Shown: positions 1 to 11,863 of the stretch, piece by piece
Numbering within the stretch: the first letter of the stretch is position 1
Layout of the letters: the number at the start of each line of letters is the position of its first letter
NCBI RefSeq assembly: GCF_016432865.1
Contig: NC_067400.1
Location: 620,620,001-620,684,000, forward strand
Direction of reading: 5' to 3'
DNA: 64,000 nt
Source of the DNA: Antechinus flavipes
Lineage: Eukaryota
Notes under the pieces: model-generated
Database searches by the model: none
What the model was told of the DNA's origin: nothing
The model's input: only the letters and a program-made list of their open reading frames with translations
Program-made: the position numbers and the translations under genes

Positions 1-262
1 TCTAACCTTAACCACTGAATGGGTGTTGCCTCAGTCAAACTGAGAGATTTGTTAAATATTTTAGCTTAAAAAGGCCAATGACTCCTACTGTATCTCAGTC
101 ACCCTGATCTATATTTTACTACTAGGCCCAGACTGCACTGGGGGAGAAGGGAGGCAGGTGACTTTGTGAGCTCACCCTCACATAAATCCAGTTGACTTGC
201 ATGTCATGATATCATCTCCTGGAAGTTATGGTCTTCTTCAAGAACAGAGGACAAACAACAAC
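1..262 (+). mobile_element. Marsupial SINE, 3' portion (WALLSI-like, (CAA)n tail)
   Basis: Resembles a marsupial SINE body as I remember it (aaccactgaatgggtgttgcctcagtcaaactgag...gaggacaaacaacaac). Exact family not determined. Confidence 0.5.
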
Positions 263-1239
263 TATCATTATAATAAAAAACATTTGATGACCGCTTGTTG
301 GAAATTTTAGCTTTAAAACGATACTTTATTGATTTGTTTACAATTCACAGATGTGTTAGAGGACCTCTCTTTTCAGGTGAGCAAATGTGTTAAGGTCCTT
401 TCAAGAATCAAAGCTATCTGATTCTGGGGATGCTCCTATGCCTCCAAATTGATCATTTTCTTATACAATATGAGGAGAAACTCTCAGCTCCTAGATAGTA
501 AAGTGAAAAAAAAAAGACTTAGAAATGATCTGATTTATTACTCCCATTTTGTCAGTGAGAAAATGGAAGCCCATAGACATGAAGAGATTTGTGTGAGGTC
601 ACCAAACTAATTCTGCTCACACAATTAGCTGTGATCCTAGAGCAGGGATTCAAACCTTTTTTCCCAACCTAAGCCTGGTGCTTTCTATTATAACAGTTTC
701 CTCTGATTTCTTCTCTTCCACTTTCTCTTTTACTATGGTTCTTTCTTATTATTTCTGTCTGCAGTTCATAATTGAGGTGACAAATACAGCTTTATACATT
801 ATATTTCACCATTGAAAGAGAGTATTTAAACAGGATAACCAAGGGCAAATACTTAAGGTTTTCTGGAAGAAGCAACTGCATCTAGTTTTAATATTCTTTA
901 CTAAGAACTTGTTTTGGGGGGGGGGAGAAATAGAATGGGATTAAAAGAAGAGAAAACATGATTCCTACTTCCTAGGAGTTTGGAGAATTATTAGTCAGAC
1001 ATTTCACATACAAAAGAGAGAAAGTTGTCTATGAATAGATGTATATATTGAGAGAAGAGAGAGATCACATATGGTGGAGTGGTTAGGGAATGCCTTCATG
1101 GGTTGGGGGATAATTGAGCTGGATATTGAAAGATGGATGGGAGGCTTTAGTCTTTTTTTTTTTTTTTTTAATCAGTGACATGTACAGAACATCTGTAACA
1201 AAGACACTCCATGTTTGCCCTTGAAAATTGGAGTCCATA

Positions 1240-1395
1240 CACATTTAGAAGAATTGTACATTTTATCTATATAGGATTACTTGCTGTGGGGGGTGGGGAG
1301 GAGAAAAATTTGGAATACAAAGTTTTGCAAAGGAGAATGTTCAAAACTATCTTTGCACGTGTTTGGAAAAATAAAATATTATATAGAAAATTTTA
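1240..1395 (+). mobile_element. L1 3'UTR fragment
   Basis: aatttggaatacaaagttttgcaaaggagaatgttcaaaactatctttgcacgtgtttggaaaaataaaa is a typical marsupial L1 3' terminus with polyA signal. Confidence 0.7.
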
Positions 1396-1976
1396 GCCTA
1401 CTCCTTAGGCGCCTCCATTTTTCTCTTCTATACAGGAAGGTCTTACCAAAGTGAATGACATCTACCATGTAATCAGAAGATATAAGATCCTTCTTATTTT
1501 TCTAGTTCAAAATAGATCTGGAATGGAAGTATATTATCTAAAGTAAGTAGAGTCCTTCTATCTCTTACAATTTTCAAATAACACACCCCTAGAATGGTAT
1601 TGAGTTCTGGACACCATTTTTAGGAAGCAAATTGTTAAGAATGAGGAGACTAGATACTATATTATGAGAAATGCCTCTGTATGCTTCTTCTGCTATGCTG
1701 ATTCAAGGGAAGGAAGCTGGAGGATGGGTATATGTTGAATATATGATTTTTTCTTCCTTCTAAAAACTTAGGTTCTGTGATGATGTTTGGGAACCCTGTG
1801 ATAGCTTGAGAGTTAGCCTTTAAGGACATGTAATAACAAATCCTTTTTTACAAATCTCAGACTACATCTCTTAGATCACAACTGTTCATGATATTATCTC
1901 ATTTGCATTGAATGTTTTTTTGTTTTTGTTTTTTAAGGTTCATAGTTTAAAAAAAAGACCTTTTTTAGCCTTTCAC

Positions 1977-2285
1977 TTTATTTTTTATTATTATAGCTTT
2001 TTATTTACAAAACAGATGCACGAATAATTTTTCAGCATTGACCCTTGCAAAACCTTCTCCCCTCCTTCCCTTACCCCCTCCTTTAAGATGGCAAGTAGTC
2101 CAATACATGTTAAATATGTTAAAATATATGTTAAATTCAGTATATGTATACATATTAATTATATATTTACATAGTTATCTTGCACAAGAAAAATCAGATC
2201 TAAAAAGAAAGAAAAAAACAAACCTGAGAAGGAAAACAAAAATGCAAGCACACAATAACAGAAAGAGTGGAAATACATTGCAATG
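1977..2285 (-). mobile_element. L1 3'UTR fragment, same strand as OR-1
   Basis: ttttttattattatagctttttatttacaaaac...agatggcaagtagtccaatacatgttaaa is the reverse complement of a marsupial L1 3' end. Similar to the 48197-48852 insertion. Confidence 0.8.
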
Positions 2286-2409
2286 TTTTTGAAAGTTCCA
2301 GAGCCCATCTTTGGAGCTTGGAGGTATTAGTGTAAAACTGAACTCTCTGTTTCATTATTTTATCAGTAGTCAGACCTTCACCTTTGGGCTTCAGAAAAAG
2401 GATCTCTTC

Positions 2410-3342
2410 TTAGGAGACATTCTTCTCTCCACATAATTTCTGTAAGGCTCCCTTCACATCCTTATTCCGGAGGCTGTAGATAAGGGGATTGAGCATGGGT
2501 GTCACAACACCATACAGCATGGAGATGATTTTGTCCCGGTCCCTGCTAGCCTTGTCTTGCGGCATCATGTACATGGAGATCGCTGTGCCATAGAAGATGA
2601 TTACCACCGTGAGGTGGGAGCTACAAGTAGAGAAAGCCTTCTTCCTACCCTTAGTTGAGTTCATCTTCAGCACAGCCCTGAGGATGCGCCCATAGGAGGC
2701 AAGGATGAAGACAAAGGGTGCTAGTAGGGTAAGGAAACTAGAGGCCATCATAAAATATTCATTGTATCTCAAGTCATTGCATGCTATTTTGATGACAGCC
2801 AAGAGCTCACAGGAGAAGTGGTTGATGACGTGCTGGCCACAGAACTCTAGTGGGGTGGTCAGGGTTGGGATCACAGTGAGGAGAAAGGCTGAGACCCAGG
2901 ACCCTACTGAGAGCTGGATACAGAGCTGGGGACTCATCCTCACTGAGTAGCGTAAAGGGTCACCAATAGCTATACAACGGTCGTAAGCCATGACAGCCAG
3001 CAGGAGACATTCCACAACTCCCAAGTAGAGACCAGCACACATTTGGGTCAAGCACTGACCGAAGGAGATGATGGGGATCCTGACTAAACAGTTAATGATC
3101 ATCTGAGGGACGCTAGCCGAAGTGTAGCAGATGTCCAGGAAGGACAGGTTGCTGAGGAAGAAATACATGGGGGTGTGGAGACGGGAGTCATAATGGATCA
3201 GGAAGAGAATGAGGACATTCCCCAGCAAAGTAACAAGGTAGGACAACAGGAGCAGGCAGAAGAAGATGATCTGAGCCCGGGGGTATTCTGATAGCCCAAT
3301 CAAAATGAAATAGGTCACAGCTGTGTGATTTCTTCCATCCAT
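2410..3342 (-). CDS. OR13H1-like: Olfactory receptor OR-1, class II, family 13 (OR13H-like), 310 aa, intact
   Basis: Single-exon ORF with N-glycosylation site NHT and OR motifs LHTPMYFFLSNLS, MAYDR, KAFSTCSSH, PMLNPLIYSLRNKDV. The subfamily call rests on remembered OR13H1 traits: short TM4, no Cys after VAI/IAI, FYG.AISMYM...D.DK.IS. Confidence 0.95.
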   Translation of the reverse strand: MDGRNHTAVTYFILIGLSEYPRAQIIFFCLLLLSYLVTLLGNVLILFLIHYDSRLHTPMYFFLSNLSFLDICYTSASVPQMIINCLVRIPIISFGQCLTQMCAGLYLGVVECLLLAVMAYDRCIAIGDPLRYSVRMSPQLCIQLSVGSWVSAFLLTVIPTLTTPLEFCGQHVINHFSCELLAVIKIACNDLRYNEYFMMASSFLTLLAPFVFILASYGRILRAVLKMNSTKGRKKAFSTCSSHLTVVIIFYGTAISMYMMPQDKASRDRDKIISMLYGVVTPMLNPLIYSLRNKDVKGALQKLCGEKNVS

Positions 3343-4137
3343 AGCTTTCCTTCTCTAGCTGCCTCAGCAAAGCAGGAGAAACTCGTTGAGTGATAACATC
3401 TTATCTTTTCACGATGGACTTGTTTTCAAAGGTCTTTCATTTCAATATTCTAGTGCCAAATAAGCATGATTTTAAGAAATCTTCCCTGCCTTAAGTTTTC
3501 ACTGGCTGAAATGGGCAAATCAATTAATCACTTTCTGGCGAGGAACCTTTCTGCACTTAGCAAAACTGGTCCTGAGACAACAGCTCCCTGCTCCATTGTT
3601 GGATCTCCAATTGGAAACTTCTTATGCTGCTAGACCCTTCTGGACAATGTATGACAAGGACACCATGGTCAATGACTCATGGTAACCCCTTTGAAATGAT
3701 GAGGTCTTCATGTATGATTAAGAGATGCATCATAATATAACAGAAACATCCCTGGTTCCATGGGAGTAGAGAACTTGTTTTCAAATCTGACCTTTGAAAA
3801 TTAAGCACATTAATCAATGATCATTTTTAAATGTCTACTATGTACCAGGTCTTCTAGGTGCCGAGGCATAAAAACAGCAATGAAACACTCTTATTCGATC
3901 CAGGTGAAGCAAATATTGGCCAATTATGTGACTCTGGACAAGTGACAACTATTCTGCCACTATCAGTAGTCTCAGTTTTTTCTTTTTTTACTTACAACAA
4001 AATAAAGAGGTTGGGTTATATGTTCTTATCATGGGAAGGACACTGGACTGGAATACAGGAGGCTTAATCCCTGGGCTCTCACTTGTGGTCTGGGCTTGGC
4101 TAAAGTACTTCTCTCTTTTAGTTCTGACACTCTATTA

Positions 4138-4372
4138 TCAGTGGATAAGAACTTCTCGTTGGTGTAAGGACCTGGAGTAAGGAAGAGCTGAGTTCAAATT
4201 CAGACTGAGACACTTTCTAGCCATATGACCCTAGGCAAGTCCCTTAAACATTTGTTTGCCTTAGTTTTCTCAAGGGTAAAATGAGCTGAAGAAGGAAATC
4301 TCAAACCACTCCAGTATTTTTGCCAAGAAAACACCTCTGGGTAATTTAGACATGACTGAACAACAACAAAAA
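4138..4372 (+). mobile_element. Mar1-type CORE-SINE
   Basis: tRNA-like head, CORE (gaccctaggcaagtccc...gccttagttttctc) and RTE-like tail (aaaccactccagtatttttgccaagaaaac...ctgaacaacaac). Confidence 0.75.
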
Positions 4373-5389
4373 GTATGACTCACACTCTCCTAGTCCCGAA
4401 GAGGAATCATGGAGAAGGCCATGTGGTAGGTGAGAAAACTTGTTTCTGTTTTTTATTAGTAGTGAAATCTGGCTGCATCAAATATGATTTTTCTCTCGGA
4501 GTTGTCTACAGGATTTTAAAGATCTTGTAGACATGAATATATTATCACTGATATGGTATTACTCAGAATGTTTTTGGTTCTGAAAAGAATTAGAATTAAT
4601 GAGAAACACATGGATTTCAGATAGTTCAATGAACTAGAAGTCATTTAAATTGGATTCTAGCTTAAAAATGATGTGGGATTTTGGAACAATTTCCATCCTC
4701 AGCTCTTTACCTATCAATAAGGTGGTTGAACTAAATGACCAATCAAGATCCTTCCATTTTTGTTTATGATCTTGTAGTCTCTAATTCCGTGAAATCAAAT
4801 AAGATGGAAACACAGATACTTTTATAGCAAACCACATCTGAGAGCAGTGTGAGGAGTATGGGAGTCTAATGGCCAATGGATTTGACTTTAAAAGACATTA
4901 GTTTATTTAGATACAATCATTTATTGGCTAAGTGATTGGCTAAGTGATGTAAGTCTAATTGCTTTACATCTCTGGTCCCCAATTTTCTGATCTTTAAGGC
5001 CAATTATTTGACTTATATAGTAAGGAATCCTCGAATGCTAGTGAAATAGAAAGAGCAATTGGATTTAGAGTAAACAAGTGCCAGTCTCCTTTTTATAATT
5101 GTGATCTGGGCAAATTCCTGTACCTCTTCAAGGCATGATCTCACCTTTGAAATGGGTATAGACTTTAAAATATATAGCAATGCAAGCTGTTTTTACTGGT
5201 GACCCCATAATAGAAGCAAGAACACTGTTCCTCAGTGTTGGGGCCATCCCAAGAGGCCAATGATCTGGATATCATATGAAGTCATCATAGATGTTTATGC
5301 AAATTGAAGATTTGGAGGTTAGCGACTGACTGGTGCTTATACAAAAGCATTAACATAAAAAATAGATGCAAAGGAAGTAGATCACTTAC

Positions 5390-5526
5390 CAGTTAACAGA
5401 TTGTACCTGACAGATAAACGTTGTCATTTATGAGACCCAAAAGCCATTGCTTGGATTTCGTCTCTTTGCTTAGCAGTCAATAAACTGACTCCATCATTTG
5501 GATGGATATTTATGAATAGCTGATGA
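5390..5526 (-). other. Predicted internal non-coding 5'UTR exon of OR-1 (137 nt)
   Basis: Minus strand: ttactttttttttactttttcag| acceptor and CTG|GTAAGT donor, lying between the promoter module and the CDS. No transcript evidence. Confidence 0.5.
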
Positions 5527-7104
5527 CTGAAAAAGTAAAAAAAAAGTAATTTCAAAAGAAGACATTCAGAAACTTTGCTCTGTGCAACCTCTATAATCCC
5601 TCCACCTGAGGGACAAGATGGGAGCTATTTTCCTAGGGAGCCTGGCTCATGATCAAATTATACTTTTCGACTTATTAGTTGAATTCTTTGCTGCACTGAT
5701 TCCTATATTATCAGGAGTTTGAAGAAGATATCACAATCTATTAGAGAGATTCAGGATTCACAGATGAAAAAGAGGAGGGAAGATGTTTCAGAAAGACCAA
5801 GGGATGAAGGATATTGTTCTTGCTCTTTTTCCCAGGAGATCAAAGCATCAAAAATTAGAGGACAATAGATATAGGTGGAACAGACCTTATGGAAGATATA
5901 GTCTATCTCCTTTATTTTATAGATAAAAAGACTCAGGATTGTTAAATGATATTTCTAAGATCCTATAGGTAAGTGGAAGATGAAAGATTGAAATAAAATT
6001 CTACTTACTACAAAGTCAAATCCCTTTCCAGTGTACCATACCCTGTTCTAGAAGGTTAAAGAAACATAAATCAGAAAATTTACCCTTTAAAAAAGAGAAA
6101 GATTTAATTTGTCTCACATCTTTGGTCATATATTCCAAATTTCCACCTATCATGTATTGGTCATGCTTATATCATGTTTGGAACATACTAGTCCAGCATC
6201 TCTGTGGAAAACTCTTGCAATATTTATTACCTTGTGAGGCAATCTATTTAGTTCAGATTACTTAAGAGTCTACTTTTCAATTGAGCCAATATTTCTTTTG
6301 CCATAACAGATCTACTCAAAAGTGGGTAGTTCTTGAGATCTGTTTCTTCCTTTGTAAAGATGGATAATAATAATACTTTTAGTACCTACCTCATAGTGTT
6401 CTTTGAGGATGTGATGAAACAAGATAAATGGTCTGATGTGATTTCCATTTGGATCAATTTCTGGCTCTGGGATCAGTTTATCTGTTCTGTCTCTTTGAGT
6501 TCATGTTTTAGTTTCTTTGACTGGAGGAGACTGGGATAATTATTCTTTGAATTTCTTCTCAGTGATGATCTGTTATCTTTAACTTTCAGGTCCATTTTGC
6601 TTTTGACACTCCTGTCACACCATCTCTTCCCTGAGAAATTCTTCCAGGGTTACCTTTGAAAAGTAACATAAGTAACTCTCTGGCTCTCAGTTTTCATTTC
6701 TACAAAATGATTGTTTCTCCACCAAGCTCTAACATTCTGTATTCAAAAACAATTGGACTCCACCTTTCTGAGTTCTAATCTTTTAATATTCCTAAACCCA
6801 TTTGACCATTTATAATTGATGTTTTTATGAAAAGAGTTCCTTTTCTTCCTATCCCAAGCAGTTATATCTCTCAGTTTGATTCATATATACTCTCTTACTT
6901 ATCTATCTGTCTGTCTGTCTACCTACATATATCTATGTACCTGTTTATCTATTTATTTCCCACTTCCCTTCCAGGTTGTTCCTCTTCCCTCTATCTGTGA
7001 CATACCCATTTGCAAAGAGGAAGGATTCAAGAGGAAGGAAAAGATCGGTTTTCGTATTCTCTTGCTTTCCACAGTTTTATTCAATAAGTCAAGTCTCCAT
7101 GAAG

Positions 7105-7645
7105 ACATACTTAAAACAAATTTTCTCCTTCAAGGATGGATAGCTTATTTCTTCTAGGTGCATCATAGGTGGTTTTTAGGAGATGTCAGGAATTGGTAGG
7201 TTTAGTCTTTCAAAGACAAATAAGTTTTTGAAAATGGGATTCTGAACCAAACCCCCAAATCTTCAAAGCTCTGCCTTTTTTTGTCTCCAGACTCCACTTG
7301 CTAATCTCTGGGCACCCACTCTCCTAGGGAACCTACTTGTATAGAATAGCTGGCATTTATATTGAGCCAAATTTAAAAAGAGAAATATAATGAGACAAGA
7401 TAAAATGAGGCTTCTTCTCTCCTTTTTACTACCAGCAGGAGGCATAGTAGGGGATTCCTGAGGGATTAAGTGCTCATTAAATTCCAAAGTGCTGAGTGTG
7501 ACTTGGGAATCTGGAGTTAACTTTCACACTCATTTGTAGTCATTAGACAAGAACTTTGTAAAGATAAGAGTTTTTTGGATTCATCCAGAAAACAATGATT
7601 CAGCTTCTGGGAAAATACGTGGTAACAGCTGAGGTGGAAGAGAAG
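7105..7645 (-). promoter_or_regulatory. OR-1 promoter and non-coding first exon module
   Basis: Homologous to blocks upstream of the other four ORs. TCATTA at 7474-7479, TAATGA at 7388-7393, O/E-like ttcctgaggga, donor AA|GTATGT at 7105-7110. Confidence 0.7.
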
Positions 7646-8129
7646 GAGCACATCACACAAGAACATTGATATTTTTACTCTAATCAGTCATAGAATATTG
7701 AATGTCAGATTTGGTAAAGTGTTGAGATCAGAGAATGTCACAGCTTGAAAGACTCTTAGAACTAGGAATGTTAGAGCTGGAATTAATACTAGAATCTTGA
7801 TTTCTTGACACCCATTTATATGTTCTTTTCTTTATATTCGCAATATTCTGGACAAGCTCTTACTATTAAAATTATACTTAAGTGCTAAGATTTCTTAGCA
7901 GGGAGTATTTTCCCCTCATTCCTAGATGCCTGTTAGCAAAGGCTTTGATCATAAAATCATAGCAGTATATATTTTAGAATATTTAGACCTGGAAGGAGCC
8001 TTAGAGATTACTGAATCCAATTCACTCATTTTATTGATGAGAAAACTGAGAGTCAGAGGTGTTAACTGATGAGTTGCCCCATAAGTGACAGTTTTAACAT
8101 TCCCTGTTCCAAGGGTCTTTATTCTCATT

Positions 8130-9215
8130 ATCGTTGACACCCTTATATCCCATTTCATTATTCTTCAACAAATTGCCTTCTTTACCATCCCCAATTCTTT
8201 AATTTATCTTCAATCTTCTCTGGTGGCCTGCAAACAAGCCCATGTCTCCTTCCCCTTGAAAATGTTCTCATTTGATCTATCCATCCATGCTATCATTGAG
8301 GTGTCTCCTACCTTGCAAGGCCCATTTGGATGTCTCTACCTCCTATCTTCTCACTCTTTTCTGAATTCTTTACATTCTAGCTTCTGACTTTATAATTCAA
8401 TCAAATGCTACTTTCCCCAAAGTTATTAATAATCTCTTAACTGCCAAATCTAATGATCTTTTCTCAATTTTCATCATTCTTGACCTGATTACAGCCTTTG
8501 ACATTGTCAACCACTCTCTCCCCTCTAGGGTTTTATGACAACATTTTCTGTATTTCTTCCTATTTTTGACTTATATGACTGTTCTTTCTCAGTCTCCTTT
8601 ACTGGATCTCCATCCATATCATATCCACTTATTATGGATGTCCTTCATGGCTCTGCCTTGGATATTTTTCCTTTCTATCTGTATATTATTTCAACTTATC
8701 TGATTAACTATCAAACATTCAGTTTTCATCTTTATGCTGGTGATTCTCAAATCATATAATACAAATTTTATCTCTCTGCTGACCTTTCATCTTGCATCTT
8801 GAACTAAGTTTTAGAGATGTTGAATTGGATGTTATATAGATATCCTAAATTCAACCCATCCAAAGTATTGTCTTTCCCCCCAAACCTTTTATCTTTCATA
8901 ACTTCCCTATTACTGACAAAGGCACTGATCTTTCCTCTTACTCAGATTTACAATCGAAAAGTAACCTTTAATTCCTCACTCATTATAACTTTTTCCTTTT
9001 TCCAATCTTTTGCAAGAGCTGTCTATCTTACATATATCTTATATTTCCTATTCTCCTTTGACACTCCCACAATCAAAATGTATGGTCCTCATCACTTCAT
9101 ATTTTGTCTCCGTTAGATTGTGAGTTCTTTAAGGGACTGTCTTATCTTTTTTTTTTTGTATTTCTAGTACTTAGAAATACAATACAAATAGTAGGCACTT
9201 AAATGTATATTGATT
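8130..9215 (+). mobile_element. L2 LINE (RT C-terminal region to 3' end), degenerate
   Basis: Decayed RT text including tatgctggtgattctcaaatc (YAGDSQI, from YADDSQI) and the L2 tail tagattgtgagttc...agtaggcacttaaatg. Confidence 0.8.
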
Positions 9216-9584
9216 AGCTATGGAATGTATGTCTCTCCTGATATATTAATCCACTGAAAGGGCTGAGGAAAGGTCAGTGTTATGTTTGTGTTTTTCCTTT
9301 ATCCTTGGTGCTGGTATATCCTGAATAATTTGCCTAGTCTAGATGGCTGAGATATCAACCTGTTGTTTGAGGAGAAGATAACAGATTTTCTGTGATAGCC
9401 TAAACTACTGCTCTGAAATAACAATTCTCTGAAATCCTATCTGATCATATACAACCCTAATTATTAGATAAAATTGTTTTTTTTAAATGGTATTCATATT
9501 TTTTTTCTGTTGTTGAAATTTTGAGAATCACCCCTCTTTTATTTCCCTTTGTACTATCAAAATGAAATACAAACATCTCTTCTT

Positions 9585-11850
9585 CTTCTTCTTCCTTTTT
9601 TGTTTTTTAGGTTACACATGTACATTCATTTTTTCCCATATTTCCATATGAGTTGTGTTGGGAGAGAAATATCATAACAAAAGAGGAAAACCAAGAGAGA
9701 AAAAAAGGCACAAGAAAAATTAGTGAAAATAGCATGCTTTAATCTCCATAGTTCTCAGTCTCCATTTGGTTTTTTGAGATCAAGGTCTATCTTAACCTTT
9801 GTTATTGTTGTTGTTGTATTTCTAGTACTTAGAACCATGCAGATCATAGACACTTAAATGTGTATTGACTAGTTATTGATTGTATGTCTCTCCTGGTATG
9901 CATTCAATCTCCACAGTTCTCTCTCTGGATGTGAATGGCATTTTCCATCCAAAGTGAACCAGAATTGCCTCAGATTATTGAATTGCTAAGAAGAGTTAGG
10001 TCTATCATAGTTGATTATCACACAATCTTGTTATTGCTGCGTACAATGTTTGTCTGGTTCTGCTTGCTTCATTCAGCATAAGTTCATGCAAATCTTTTCA
10101 GGCCTTTCTAAAACCAGCCTGTTCATACTTTCTTATAGAACAATAATATTCCATTACATTCATATATCATAACTTTTTCAACCATTCTCCAATTGATGGG
10201 CATCCACTGCTTTTTCAATTCTTTGCCACCAGAAAAAGAGCTGCAAACATTTTTGCACATGTGGGTCCTTTTCCCTCTTTTATGATCTCTTTGGGAGAAA
10301 TACCACCAGTTTTTCTGAATCAAAGAGTATGCACAATTTTATAGCCTTATAGTCATAGTTTCAAATTACTCTCCAGAATGATCGGATCAGTTCACAACTC
10401 CACCAACAATGCAGTAGTATTCCAGTTTTCTCATATCACCCCCAACATCATAACCTTTTTCTGTCATCTTAGCCAACCTGATAGGTATAAGGTAGTTACT
10501 CAGAATTGTTTTAATTTGCATCTCTAATAATAGTGATTTAGAGCATTTTTTCATATGGGCATTTATAGATGACTTCAATTTCTTCATCTAAAAATTGTTC
10601 ATATCCTTTAACCATTTATCAATTGGGGAATGACTTGTATTCTTATAAATTTGACTCAGTTCTCTTTTAGAAATGAAGCCTTTATCAGAAACACTGTTTG
10701 TAAAGATTATTTCCCAGCTTTCTGCTTCCCTTCTACTTTTGGCTGCATTGTTTTGGTTTGTGCAAACCCTTTTTAATTTAATGTAATCAAAATGATTCAT
10801 TTTTTATTTTATAATATTTTCTATTTATTGTTTGGTTACAAATTGCTTTCTCCAAAGATCTGACAGGTAAACTTATGGTATCTATCACTCTTTATGTATC
10901 TATTACTCTTTATGCCTAAATATGGTACCCATTTGAACTTATCTTATAATGGAGTATGAGATGCTGATTTATGTCTACTTTCTGCCATACCATTTTCCAG
11001 AGTTCCTAACAATTTTTGTTAAAGAGTAAGTTCTTATCCCAGAAGCCGCAGTCTTTGGGTTCAAACAATAGATTATTATAGGCATGGATTATTGTGTCTT
11101 ATGTATCTAACCTATCTTATTGATTTACTGCTTTGTTTCTCCACCAGTATCTGGTGTTTTTGATGACTGCTGCTTTATAATAGAGTTTTAGGTCTGGTAT
11201 TTCTAGGCCACTATCTTTTGCATCTTTTTCATTCATTCCCTTGGTATTCTTTATCTTTTTTTTTTTCAGGTGAATTTTGTAATTATTTTTTCTAGCTCTA
11301 TAATTTGTTTTTTTACAATATGATTGGTATAACACTGAATAAGTAGAATAATTCAGGTAGAATTGTATTTTTAATTATATTAAGTTGGTCTATCCATGAA
11401 CAATTGATATTTTTTCAATTGTTTAGCTCAGACTTTTTGTGTAAAGAGCGTTTTGTAATTGTGTTCATGTAGTTCCTGAGTTTGTTGGTCTTGGCAGGTG
11501 GCCTCCCAAATATTTTACATTAGCTACAGTTATTTTAAATGGAATTTCTCCATCTCTTGCTGATGGATTTTATTGGTAATATAATGAAATGATGATGATT
11601 TATGTGAGTTCATTTTACATCTTGCAGCTTTGTGAAAATTGTTAATTATTTCAAGTAGTTTTTTAGTTGGTTCATATCACTAAAGCCAACATTTTAAATA
11701 TGATATTAAATAATAGTGGTGATAATGAGCAACCTTGTTTCACCCTGATCTTATTGGGAATGCTTCTAACTTCTCCCCATTATATATAATGCTTGCTAGA
11801 TGCTGTTTATCATTTTAAGGAAAGCTCCATTTGTTTCCATGCTCTCTAGT
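9585..11850 (-). mobile_element. 5'-truncated L1 (ORF2 C-terminal half plus 3'UTR) inserted at the OR-2 stop codon
   Basis: ORF fragments HMKKCSKSLL.EMQIKT, DYIKLK..CT and PDLKLYYKA.VIK are L1 ORF2. Flanking 15-bp direct repeats at 9570-9584 and 11851-11865 (13/15 identical). Confidence 0.9.
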
Positions 11851-11863
11851 CCAACATCTTTTC

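Noticed and set aside
2705-2950. Antisense ORFs over OR coding regions (also 38155-38409, 51751-52005)
   Set aside because: Shadow frames of OR codon usage. Short, with no independent promoter or splice signals seen.
4503-4533. 12-14 bp hairpin tgtctacaggat-tttaaag-atcttgtagaca
   Set aside because: About one such stem is expected by chance in 64 kb of AT-rich DNA. Too short for a pre-miRNA and not shared by paralogs.
10123-11335. Several 66-72 aa ORFs as possible host genes
   Set aside because: Frameshifted pieces of L1 ORF2. Likewise 8535-8759 is L2 RT and 49082-49345 is CR1.
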